DNA of 64,000 nt from a virus (lineage: Duplodnaviria > Caudoviricetes), in the IMG/VR virus record IMGVR_UViG_3300027374_000478, positions 64,001-128,000 of that record, one strand, 5' to 3'. Shown here piece after piece: positions 49,681 to 59,150 of this stretch; the stretch's first letter is position 1, and every line of letters starts with the position of its first letter. Below the pieces are notes generated by a model, which was given only the letters and a program-made list of their open reading frames with translations, made no database searches and was not told where the DNA came from. The position numbers and the translations under genes were made by a program.

Positions 49681-50724
49681 TTGCAAGGAAAAGATAAAAA
49701 TATAAATTCAAAATCTGCTGATCTGATGGAGTTAATCAGTAATGCTCCACAAAATCAAACAATAGGAGATAATTTAGTAAGAGCGTGGTCAAAGATAAAC
49801 AACGATAAATACAAGAAAATTGTATGTGCTTTATCTGGCGGATCAGACAGTGATGTAATGGCAGATATTATTTGGCAATGTGATAAAGATGGTAAGGTAG
49901 AATATGTTTGGTTTGATACTGGTTTAGAATATCAGGCTACAAAAAACCATCTGAACTTGTTAAGAGAGAAGTATAATATAGAAATTAAACCATATAAAGC
50001 AATCGTTCCTATCCCTACAAGTTGTAAAAAATATGGACAACCATTTGTTTCAAAAAATGCTTCTGAAATGATTGATAGATTACAATGTCATGGATTCCAA
50101 TGGGAAGATGAACCATTAGACATATTATTGCAAAGATATTGTGAATGGAATACAAAGAAACAAGATTGGGTTGGATGTAAAGGTGCGTTAATGTGGTGGT
50201 GTAATGCAAATGAATCAGTCCAATTTAATATTGCATATAACAAATATCTAAAGGAGTTCATGATTCAAAATCCTCCAAAGTTCAAAATTTCTTCAAAGTG
50301 TTGTAAATATGCAAAGAAAGATGTATTACATAAGCTTGTTGCAAATGAAGGATATGATTTAAATGTATTTGGGGTTAGAAGGGCTGAAGGAGGTATTAGG
50401 CAAACAGCATATAAATCCTGTTTTGATGAAAATGGAGAAGGCTATGATAATTACAGACCTTTGTTTTGGTACACAAATTCAGACAAAGAAGATTATGAAA
50501 ACCATTATGGAATTGTACATAGTAAGTGTTATACGGAATATGGGTTAGAGAGAACGGGTTGTGCTGGTTGCCCATTTGGAAGAGATTTTGAGCAGGAGTT
50601 GGAAGTTATAGAGAAGTATGAACCAAAGCTATTTGTTGCTGTGAATAATATTTTTGGTGACAGTTATGAGTACACAAGAAAGTATAGAGAATTCTGTAAG
50701 GAGATGGACGAGAAGAAAAAATAA
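49681..50724 (+). CDS. PAPS reductase family (PP-loop) protein with Fe-S cysteines
   Basis: SGGSDS, FDTGLEY, KCC, GVRRAEG, RTGCAGCPF. Confidence 0.85.
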   Translation: MQGKDKNINSKSADLMELISNAPQNQTIGDNLVRAWSKINNDKYKKIVCALSGGSDSDVMADIIWQCDKDGKVEYVWFDTGLEYQATKNHLNLLREKYNIEIKPYKAIVPIPTSCKKYGQPFVSKNASEMIDRLQCHGFQWEDEPLDILLQRYCEWNTKKQDWVGCKGALMWWCNANESVQFNIAYNKYLKEFMIQNPPKFKISSKCCKYAKKDVLHKLVANEGYDLNVFGVRRAEGGIRQTAYKSCFDENGEGYDNYRPLFWYTNSDKEDYENHYGIVHSKCYTEYGLERTGCAGCPFGRDFEQELEVIEKYEPKLFVAVNNIFGDSYEYTRKYREFCKEMDEKKK

Positions 50725-50872
50725 ATAAGTAAGGTAAGTGGCAATGAAAATTTCGATTCATTGTATGTCAAAAAGTAGAAGCAAAATAAGCATATGCAAA
50801 AATTAGAATAATAAAACCAGGAGGAAATGAGGTTTCTGCGCAGAATAAATCATGATTTACTCCTAAATAAGA

Positions 50873-51754
50873 ATGGAATATCAAAAGAAAATCAAATGTG
50901 AATTATATAGGGACTCTATGCAGAATTATAAGAAGTATGCAATTCCACCTGCTCAGTTAATTATTGCAGATGTTCCATATAATGTAGGAAATAATTTTTA
51001 CGGTTCAAATCCGATGTGGTACAACGGAGGAGACAACAAAAAAGGTGAAAGTAAATTAGCTGGTAAAGCAGCTTTCAATTCTGATTTTAATTTTAATCTA
51101 TATGAATATTTTCATTTTTGTTCCAAGATGCTTAAAAAAGATGATACTAGACCTGTTCCGAGAGGACGCAGTAGTGACTCACCTTGTATGATTGTATTCT
51201 GTTCTTTTGAACAGATTCAGACACTTATTAAGGCGGCAGAAAGGCATGGGTTCATTCATTACATACCACTAATCTTTTGCAAGAATTATAGTCCACAGGT
51301 ACTCAAAGCTAACATGAGGGTTGTGGGAGCTGCTGAATACGCACTCCTATTATATAGAGATAAATTGCCAAAATTCAGAAATGGTCTTCAAGTTGATGAA
51401 AATGGTAAGAACATTCCAGGAACAGGACATATGATCTTTAACTGGTTTGATGGTGGAGATGAGGATGAGTGGGGAAGAACTTATCATAGCAACAGTACAT
51501 ATATGATGTGGGAAAAAGATAAGTCTAAGGAAGTTCCCAAAATCCATCCGGCTCAGAAGCCAGTAGCAGTTCTGAAACGTTTGATTGAGATATTTACTGA
51601 TCCTGGTGATGTGGTTATTGATCCATGTGCAGGTTCTGGTACAACACTAAGAGCAGCTTATGAACTTGGCAGAAGTGCTTTCGGTTTTGAAATTGACCGT
51701 AATTTCTACCAGAGAGCAAAAGATGAAATGTTGAATTTTGCAAAAGAAGAGTAG
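50873..51754 (+). CDS. N4/N6 DNA methyltransferase (beta class)
   Basis: ADVPY, HPAQKP, DPCAGSGTT, GFEID. Confidence 0.9.
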   Translation: MEYQKKIKCELYRDSMQNYKKYAIPPAQLIIADVPYNVGNNFYGSNPMWYNGGDNKKGESKLAGKAAFNSDFNFNLYEYFHFCSKMLKKDDTRPVPRGRSSDSPCMIVFCSFEQIQTLIKAAERHGFIHYIPLIFCKNYSPQVLKANMRVVGAAEYALLLYRDKLPKFRNGLQVDENGKNIPGTGHMIFNWFDGGDEDEWGRTYHSNSTYMMWEKDKSKEVPKIHPAQKPVAVLKRLIEIFTDPGDVVIDPCAGSGTTLRAAYELGRSAFGFEIDRNFYQRAKDEMLNFAKEE

Positions 51755-51955
51755 ATACATATAGACTTAAAACATCGGTTTCATTGGGAGTTATCAGTTC
51801 ATAACTGGTAGTTCTCATTCGGGAGATAGTTGCCTTACCAATTCTAACGACTCCCAACAAACGGTAGGAATGGCGTTTACGACAGGCGGTAGTGTAGCTC
51901 CTTCCTTGTACGAGAACAAGGGCAAACTACATTAAAGAATATTTGGAGGTATAAA

Positions 51956-52174
51956 ATGGATAAGAGGGAAATAGATGGTGTAGAAATTAATGGTAAAAGT
52001 ATTATTACTTCATTAAAAATTATTAAGCAGGTTTGCAAGGACAACCTTAATGAGAAAGGAAATTGTGGTAATTGTCCATTTTTTGTAGACCAAAGTGATT
52101 GCTGTGGAATCGAAAATATGACACCTGATAATTGGAAGATTTTAGAATATACAAAGTTTCAAGCATTAGGATAA
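51956..52174 (+). CDS. small Cys-rich hypothetical protein
   Basis: 72 aa, SD GGAGGT. Confidence 0.6.
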   Translation: MDKREIDGVEINGKSIITSLKIIKQVCKDNLNEKGNCGNCPFFVDQSDCCGIENMTPDNWKILEYTKFQALG

Positions 52175-52206
52175 ATTTTTCATTTCAAAGGAAGGAGAAA
52201 CAAGTA

Positions 52207-52449
52207 ATGAAGGTTAATCTACACAGAGTTAATTATGATGGTTCAGAGAATAGTAATGGAAATTGGTGGGTATGGAAAGAGATATGTGATAAATGTGGAA
52301 AAACAGTTTCAGACGAAGATATATTACACTCGTTTCCTGGAGATGAATCAGAATTAGATTTTTGTGTAGATTGTTATCATTATTTATTGGATAATGGTAT
52401 TTCATACGAACAGGCTATTGGTTTGTATGGTAAAAACTCAAACGGTTAA
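52207..52449 (+). CDS. hypothetical zinc-finger protein
   Basis: SD AAGGAG; CDKC...CVDC. Confidence 0.6.
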   Translation: MKVNLHRVNYDGSENSNGNWWVWKEICDKCGKTVSDEDILHSFPGDESELDFCVDCYHYLLDNGISYEQAIGLYGKNSNG

Positions 52450-52494
52450 AACAACTCTTTCATTGGGAAAAATTTAAAGAAATGAGGTCATAAA

Positions 52495-53595
52495 ATGATT
52501 AAGAAAATTGATAAGAAGAACAAATTTATATCTATGTTTAATCCCAATACAGGATTTTACATGAGAAGTGGAGTTATTGAAGATGGCAAAGACACAAGCA
52601 AAGATCCTTTTATGACTTCATTTCCAGAATTATTAGACATAGGAGTAATGGGACATTGTGTTCATGGAGACAGTGGTCTATGTATTAAATCTGGCGTTCA
52701 GTGTTATCAGAATGGTTTAAAGACAAAATATCCAAATATGTCTTTTGAAAATTTCAAGAGAATTGTGGACGAGTGTAAGGGTAAAACTTTTCAGTTTGCT
52801 TTAGGTGGTAGAGGTGATGTGGATCAGCATGAAGATTTTGAAAAGATTCTAAGATATAGTAGAGAAAATGGTATCGTGCCAAACTTTACATCATCTGGTC
52901 TTGGATTTACTGTAGAGATTGTTTCACTTTGTAAAGAGCTTTGTGGAGCTGTTGCAATCAGTTGGTATCGTCAGGAACATACATATAAAGCAATTCAGAT
53001 GTTGTTAGACGCAGGAATTAAAACTAATATTCATTATGTGTTAGGTAATAATTCTATTGATGAAGCAATTAAGAGATTAAAAAGCAATGATTTCCCTAAA
53101 GGCATCAATGCGATAATTTTTTTGTTGCATAAGCCGGTAGGATTAGGGCAGGAAAATAATGTGTTAGATATAGAAGATAAAAGAGTAAGAGAATTCTTTC
53201 ATATTATTGATACTCAGCAGTTCGATTTCAAAATTGGTTTTGACTCTTGTACAGTTCCAGCACTTATCAATATGACTTCAAATATAAATGAGGATAGTTT
53301 TGATACTTGTGAAGGTGGTAGATGGTCTGCTTATATTACATCAGATATGAAAATGCTACCTTGTAGCTTTGATAATCAAGATATGAGATGGGCATATGAT
53401 ATTTCAAATGATACAGTACAGAACGCCTGGAACAGTAAACAGTTTGAGGATTTTAGAGATCATTTTAGAAATTCATGTAGTGGTTGTAGTAGGCAGTGTG
53501 AATGTAGGGGAGGTTGTCCTATTAGAAGACAGATAGTTTTATGTGACAGGAAGGAGAAAGATTTATATGAAAGTACGCAGCGATTTTGTGACTAA
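52495..53595 (+). CDS. radical SAM/SPASM domain enzyme with an atypical cluster motif
   Basis: C-x7-C-x6-CY, ALGGRGD, NFTSSG; SPASM 'CEGG...LPC...C..C...C.C.GGCP'. Confidence 0.85.
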   Translation: MIKKIDKKNKFISMFNPNTGFYMRSGVIEDGKDTSKDPFMTSFPELLDIGVMGHCVHGDSGLCIKSGVQCYQNGLKTKYPNMSFENFKRIVDECKGKTFQFALGGRGDVDQHEDFEKILRYSRENGIVPNFTSSGLGFTVEIVSLCKELCGAVAISWYRQEHTYKAIQMLLDAGIKTNIHYVLGNNSIDEAIKRLKSNDFPKGINAIIFLLHKPVGLGQENNVLDIEDKRVREFFHIIDTQQFDFKIGFDSCTVPALINMTSNINEDSFDTCEGGRWSAYITSDMKMLPCSFDNQDMRWAYDISNDTVQNAWNSKQFEDFRDHFRNSCSGCSRQCECRGGCPIRRQIVLCDRKEKDLYESTQRFCD

Positions 53596-53905
53596 TTCAT
53601 CAAGTAGCAGTTTTATAATTGCAAAAAGAGAAAATTGCACTATTGATGAAATAAGAAATAATTTAAATGAGAATAAAGAAAATATTAAATACATATTGGA
53701 AATGTTTGATATGGATACTGATGGTAAATCAGTTGAAAAATTCATAAATGATTTATCCAATCAGTTATTTAGAGAACCATCAGACTTGCATCTTGGAGAT
53801 TGGATTGCATCAGCAGTTGAATATTGCAATGAAGATGATGAGTTTGGAGCGTTTATGTATGATTATGGATATAAACTTGGCACAGAAAACTTTAAGGTGG
53901 GATAA
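53567..53905 (+). CDS. protein with N-terminal 'KVRSDFVTNSSSSSF' motif
   Basis: motif shared with the next gene. Confidence 0.8.
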   Translation: MKVRSDFVTNSSSSSFIIAKRENCTIDEIRNNLNENKENIKYILEMFDMDTDGKSVEKFINDLSNQLFREPSDLHLGDWIASAVEYCNEDDEFGAFMYDYGYKLGTENFKVG

Positions 53906-53910
53906 AAAAT

Positions 53911-54507
53911 ATGAAGATAAGAACTGATTTTGTTACAAATAGCAGTAGTTCTAGTTTCGTTTGCGAAATATGTGGTCGTACTGAAAGTGGGTGGGATATG
54001 TGTTTGTCAGATACAGAAATGATGGAATGTGTTAATGGTCATACATTTTGTTGTGATGAATCTCTTCCAAAACCTACAAAAGAAGAAATGGTTAAAATGA
54101 TTATAGAGAACGAGTGGAACAAAGACGCTTGGAGTTCTGATTTAAAAGACTACAAAGATTATTCGGAAGATGAATTACTTGTAATGGAAGAAGATGAGTT
54201 ATGGGGATTTTGCTGTGAAGATAGTGGATGCTATGAAGTTCCTGAGTGTGTATGCCCTATTTGCCAATTTATTGAATACTCAGAATATGATCTTAGTGCT
54301 TACTTATTAAAGCAATATGGTGTACCCAGAGAGGATGTATTTGCAGAGGTTAAGAAACTGAATAAAAGAAGAAAGAAATTATATGAAAATGAATATATTA
54401 CACATGTTTGTAAGCAGTTCAATTTGAATCCAACAGAAATCGTTGCAGGGTGGAAAGAAAAATTTGGTACTTATGAGAAATTTAAAGTGTGGTTAAATGA
54501 AAAATAG
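53911..54507 (+). CDS. Cys-rich protein with N-terminal 'KIRTDFVTNSSSSSF' motif
   Basis: shared motif; CEIC, C..GH..C, CPIC. Confidence 0.8.
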   Translation: MKIRTDFVTNSSSSSFVCEICGRTESGWDMCLSDTEMMECVNGHTFCCDESLPKPTKEEMVKMIIENEWNKDAWSSDLKDYKDYSEDELLVMEEDELWGFCCEDSGCYEVPECVCPICQFIEYSEYDLSAYLLKQYGVPREDVFAEVKKLNKRRKKLYENEYITHVCKQFNLNPTEIVAGWKEKFGTYEKFKVWLNEK

Positions 54508-54548
54508 TCTTGAAATTTTGCTTTTATTGGATGAGGAAGGAGGAAATA

Positions 54549-54908
54549 TTGGATAGAGAAAAATTTATTTCTCAGCTACCTATAACTGAGAAAAATATAG
54601 ACAAGCAATGGATTATGAGTGTAATGAAACAGTCTGTAGATTCCAATTTACATGATGGTAATCCAAGAGGGCATAGAAACTTAATTATTGTCATGGAAGA
54701 ACTCGCTGAGTTAAGTAAAGAAATTTCAAAAGAACTTAGAGGGAAAGGCGATCAATATAATATTCTTGAAGAATTGGCTGATGTGCAGCTTAGTATTTAT
54801 TATGTTCAAGAAGTTTGTGGTGTCAACAATGACGACTTACATAAAGCAATGAATATTAAAATGAGAAGACTTGAGGAAGTTTTGAATAAAAAAGGGAAGT
54901 ATCAATAA
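54549..54908 (+). CDS. MazG-like nucleotide pyrophosphohydrolase
   Basis: EELAEL...EELADV. Confidence 0.75.
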   Translation: MDREKFISQLPITEKNIDKQWIMSVMKQSVDSNLHDGNPRGHRNLIIVMEELAELSKEISKELRGKGDQYNILEELADVQLSIYYVQEVCGVNNDDLHKAMNIKMRRLEEVLNKKGKYQ

Positions 54909-54984
54909 AGAACAAAGAATAAAAAAACATGGGAGGCAAAGAGGTTTGTCATGACAGAAAAGTGCGCTTTACTCCTAAATAATA

Positions 54985-56160
54985 TTGAAAATAGCAATTA
55001 TAGATGCGGATCTGATAGGTAGGGACAAGCACAGGTTTCCTAATCTAGTTTGTATGAAACTATCAGGTTATTATAAAGAACTTGGTGCTGAAGTTGAATT
55101 GAAAATGGATTATGAAGAATTAGCAGCATGTGATAAAGTATTCATTTCCAAAGTGTTTACTGACACACCAATAGATGAAGAGATTTTGAAACTTTCAAAT
55201 GTAGAATATGGCGATACAGGATTCTTTTATGACAAAGCTCCGAAACTTCCTAATGAAGTAGAACATCATATGCCGGATTATAATTTGTATGATGAGTGGG
55301 TGAATGACAGATTAAACGAAGGTGGTAAGAGAAAGGATTTTACATATTATCTTGATTATTCAATTGGCTTTATGAGTCGTGGATGCATCAGACAATGTAG
55401 TTTCTGTGTGAATAAGAATTATAAATCATGTGAAGTTCACAGTCATTTATCTGAGTTTCTGGATGAGAGCAGACCATATATCTGTTTGTTGGATGACAAT
55501 GTACTGGCTTGCAAGGACTGGAGAAATATATTTGAAGAACTTATTGCGACAGGTAAGAAATTTCAGTTCAAACAAGGTTGTGACGAGAGACTTCTTACAG
55601 ATGAAAAATGTGAGGTTCTGTTTGAGAGATCAAAGTGGATAGGGGACAGGATATTTGCATTTGACAATATTAAAGATAGAGAAGTAATAGAAAGAAAGTT
55701 ACAGATGATAAGGAGACACACTAATGATCAGATTAAATTCTATACATTTTGTGCGTACAATCATGATAACATAGGTGTTTATGATGAGGAGTTTTGGGTT
55801 AAGGATATAGAAGATCTGTTTGAGCGAATCAAAATTCTAATGACTTATGGGTGCTTGCCTTATGTAATGAGATTCAAAGATTATGTTCTGAGTCCATATA
55901 AAGGGATTTATATCAATGTTGCGAGTTGGTGTAATCAGCCAAGTCTATTTCGTAAGATGAGTTTTGCTGAGTACAGTATGGCGAGAGGTATGAGTAATGA
56001 AAACTACAAAAAATATAAAATGGATTTTGATTTATACTTAGCAGATGGCAATAAGAAAGGTTCGTCATGGAGATATTACGAAGAATTCACACGCAAATAT
56101 CCAGAGATTGCAGAGAAGTATTTTCATATGAAGTGGAATTATTCAAATAGGAACAGTTAA
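54985..56160 (+). CDS. radical SAM enzyme (phage-type)
   Basis: SRGCIRQCSFC, LLDDN, N-terminal 'FPNL..MKLS.YYK'. Confidence 0.85.
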   Translation: MKIAIIDADLIGRDKHRFPNLVCMKLSGYYKELGAEVELKMDYEELAACDKVFISKVFTDTPIDEEILKLSNVEYGDTGFFYDKAPKLPNEVEHHMPDYNLYDEWVNDRLNEGGKRKDFTYYLDYSIGFMSRGCIRQCSFCVNKNYKSCEVHSHLSEFLDESRPYICLLDDNVLACKDWRNIFEELIATGKKFQFKQGCDERLLTDEKCEVLFERSKWIGDRIFAFDNIKDREVIERKLQMIRRHTNDQIKFYTFCAYNHDNIGVYDEEFWVKDIEDLFERIKILMTYGCLPYVMRFKDYVLSPYKGIYINVASWCNQPSLFRKMSFAEYSMARGMSNENYKKYKMDFDLYLADGNKKGSSWRYYEEFTRKYPEIAEKYFHMKWNYSNRNS

Positions 56161-56173
56161 GATGGAGTGAATT

Positions 56174-56485
56174 ATGTCAAAAGTAAATTACAGAAAATGT
56201 GATATTTGTGGTGATATTTTAAAGAAAGATATAAGAGTTTATGGTTTTGTTAATGGTTATAGGATCTGGAATAGGTTATTCAACAAATTAGACATCTGTA
56301 ATTCATGTATGAAAAAAATTAGGCATCTTTCTACAGATGTTAAAGATGAAAAAGAATATGTTGATGAATTGTTTGACAAACATGAGCCATACGAAAATTG
56401 TGATAATGAATCGGCATATTTGCAAGGTGCTGAAGATATGTTGAATATTCTTAGTCATAAAAGATTGAAGAATATTAAAAAGTAA
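56174..56485 (+). CDS. hypothetical zinc-binding protein
   Basis: CDIC...CNSC. Confidence 0.6.
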   Translation: MSKVNYRKCDICGDILKKDIRVYGFVNGYRIWNRLFNKLDICNSCMKKIRHLSTDVKDEKEYVDELFDKHEPYENCDNESAYLQGAEDMLNILSHKRLKNIKK

Positions 56486-56669
56486 TATTCCACACGGAAT
56501 ATAAAATGTATTCCGAAATTCCAATTTGGATATCGGATAGGCGGTTTTCTAGCCCGTTACATACGCATATGCCTATGTAGAATGTCTTTTAAAAGGCAAT
56601 AGAACCAGAGTTTCAAGGCAGATACCATAATTTTGATTTATAATATCTGCCAGAAAAAGTTTGTTTATA

Positions 56670-57158
56670 TTAGCTGTTTAAGGTATCTATTTTTCCCTCA
56701 ATAGTATGAAGTAGCCTGCGAAAATCAATTATGATTGGAATTTCATAAGGATATAATTCGTCCTCATTTAATGGTAATTTTATTTTTAAAAGCATATCAT
56801 GGATGTCTGATAGTTCTTGCAATTGTAAATTATTTCGATCAATATAGCAAGACACCTTATTTGTTAAATCAGTGAGACCAGCAATATTACCATAACGAAG
56901 GATATCAATTTGATTGACATATTCATCTGATTTTGGTAGAGAATTGTTCCAACTAATTATTTGTTTTTGACTTTCTAATTCAGCGTTAATTTTTGCTAAT
57001 ATTTGAGAAGTATCAGCATCCTTTTCTTTTAGACTTTTTTCAATTTCTAAACGTATATCATTTTTGGATTTTTTGTTACTTCTGTAACTTATGTATGCCA
57101 CAATTATTGGAGAAATAATAACGAGAATATCCTTTATTGCAGTTAAATATGCATCCAT
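56670..57158 (-). CDS. reverse-oriented membrane-anchored hypothetical protein (moron-like)
   Basis: N-terminal TM helix plus coiled coil; SD AAGGAGAG. Confidence 0.7.
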   Translation of the reverse strand: MDAYLTAIKDILVIISPIIVAYISYRSNKKSKNDIRLEIEKSLKEKDADTSQILAKINAELESQKQIISWNNSLPKSDEYVNQIDILRYGNIAGLTDLTNKVSCYIDRNNLQLQELSDIHDMLLKIKLPLNEDELYPYEIPIIIDFRRLLHTIEGKIDTLNS

Positions 57159-57331
57159 ATGTGTTCTCTCCTTAATTCTTAATTGGATTCTCAGTGTTTA
57201 TAGAATTATATCACAAAAATGCATGGAAATCTATATGAAATAAAAATTGATTAAAATGGAGAAAAAGAAGATGTGAGAAAAAGAAAGTAATAAAATTTTT
57301 GAATTGAGATAAAGAATAGAGGTGACAAACT

Positions 57332-58162
57332 ATAAATAATTATATTCCAATAAATTTTACATATTATGATCCACGAAGCAGTTTGTTTAAGTCTGGTAGA
57401 AGTGACAAAGAAAGGATTACAGTTTATACTTGCAATAATTCAGAAAATTGTGATGCTTGTAAGAGAAACAAGTGTGTAATGTTAAATGGATTATATTCGC
57501 ATTCTTGTCCTTATGGACAAATGAGAAGAGAAGAAGGATATACAAAAGCTGCAAGAAGATGTGGTGATTTAATACGAAAGAGAAAAGAAGAGTATGGAGA
57601 TGTTGCACATTCCAAAGGAGATTTAAAATTTTTGTGTTACATTGGTGACTATGTGTTTCTTCCATTACCACATTTGATTAATTATTCAAATTCAATTAGA
57701 GATAAAAACTTCTTTAAAGGTGACGGAGATATTATTAAAAAGGAAGATTTTACACCTGAGTTTATTGTAGAACTTATAAAATATAGACCAGAGGCATTAA
57801 TGGGTGGCGAGATTACTTCCTATCAGAAGAAAGAAGTCCCTAAATTCTGTAACCAGCTTAAACGATATATGTCAGATATGTATGAAAAAGTAAAAACGAT
57901 ATATCCAGAGATAGAAGATAGAATTGAGGATATAGATTATAGAGATAAAATGGCAAAGGTGGTTACATTGCTTCCTGGAAAGGTAAAACTTAGCACAAAG
58001 ATACTGGAATGGGACGGAAGTGTAATAAAAGCAGAGGGAAACCAACTTACATTTTGGGGACTGTCTAGAGAAACTGTTATAATTACTCCTGATGAAAACA
58101 CTTATGTTCAAATTGTAGATAATGCAACAGTTACAGACGATACAGAATTTAAAGATGAATGA
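57332..58162 (+). CDS. hypothetical protein (probable ATA start)
   Basis: frame open from ATA 57332 after SD GAGGTGA. Confidence 0.7.
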   Translation: MNNYIPINFTYYDPRSSLFKSGRSDKERITVYTCNNSENCDACKRNKCVMLNGLYSHSCPYGQMRREEGYTKAARRCGDLIRKRKEEYGDVAHSKGDLKFLCYIGDYVFLPLPHLINYSNSIRDKNFFKGDGDIIKKEDFTPEFIVELIKYRPEALMGGEITSYQKKEVPKFCNQLKRYMSDMYEKVKTIYPEIEDRIEDIDYRDKMAKVVTLLPGKVKLSTKILEWDGSVIKAEGNQLTFWGLSRETVIITPDENTYVQIVDNATVTDDTEFKDE

Positions 58163-58193
58163 GGCAATAAAAGGTTAATTTTAAGGAGAAATT

Positions 58194-58616
58194 ATGGATA
58201 ATAACTATACAAGAGTTATTAATGTAGAAGAATTTCAGCAAAAGATATTAGATTATAAATCTTCTGATGAATTAGATAAAACGATTAGCAACACTGTTTT
58301 TGTTGGGAAACCAGAATGTAAGAGTGCGGTTGCTCACGGAATGGCACTTGCTTCAATGCTAACAAGCACTTGCGAAACAATGTATGTAAAAGACAGAGAG
58401 GATAAGGAAGAACAAATGGAAGAAAATAAGAAAATAAATACTGTAGCAGTGAGATGGTGGGATGGATATAAAGAAGATTTCAGAGCAACAGAGATACGTT
58501 TTGGATCAGATTTACTCTGGATGAGACTTGAAGATGGAAATAACCGTCACATTCCTTTAAGAATGGTTCGTTGGTTTGGTACATCTATTGAGAGTCATCA
58601 AAATACAGGGATGTAA
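58194..58616 (+). CDS. hypothetical protein
   Basis: 140 aa, SD AAGGAG. Confidence 0.65.
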   Translation: MDNNYTRVINVEEFQQKILDYKSSDELDKTISNTVFVGKPECKSAVAHGMALASMLTSTCETMYVKDREDKEEQMEENKKINTVAVRWWDGYKEDFRATEIRFGSDLLWMRLEDGNNRHIPLRMVRWFGTSIESHQNTGM

Positions 58617-58820
58617 GATATTTTGATATGGATAGAAATGACTTATTAGTAGAATCTTCTAATGGCAAAGACCCAGAACCATGTAGTGATTATGATAAAG
58701 AAACTGGTTATTGTAAAAGTTTTGGTAAACCGTGTGATGCATGTTATGAAAATAGTTTAAAGAAATGGTTTTATTACTATTGAAATCTTGGTTTCAAGTG
58801 GCGGGAGGTGATGCAATAAC

Positions 58821-59135
58821 TTGAACACAATATATACAGTAATGGTAATGACAGATTTGACTTATGATGAACAAACGAAATTTCCTAAGTTTGGTTCTGA
58901 AAATCTTGTTGGCTGGTATTTTGAATTTGAAGACGCTTATTCATCTGTATCTGGAAATTGTTGTGATATAAATGAAACTTGTTATAAGTATGCACTTATT
59001 GAAGAATGTAAAGAAGGTTTATATAATCCGGCAAGCAAGAGATGGTGGTTTGAATATAATCATGAAAAAGATAGATATTTCCAGATTAAGGAGCCTGATT
59101 TTATAAAAGGATTTTGTGGATTTACTATTGGGTAA
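58821..59135 (+). CDS. hypothetical protein
   Basis: 104 aa, SD GGAGGTGA, TTG start. Confidence 0.65.
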   Translation: MNTIYTVMVMTDLTYDEQTKFPKFGSENLVGWYFEFEDAYSSVSGNCCDINETCYKYALIEECKEGLYNPASKRWWFEYNHEKDRYFQIKEPDFIKGFCGFTIG

Positions 59136-59150
59136 GAGAGGTGATAAATA

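Noticed and set aside
49681-50724. Dnd/Ssp phosphorothioation system
   Set aside because: Only a lone PAPS-reductase-family gene is present; no dndA/B/D/E or sspBCD neighbours are recognisable.
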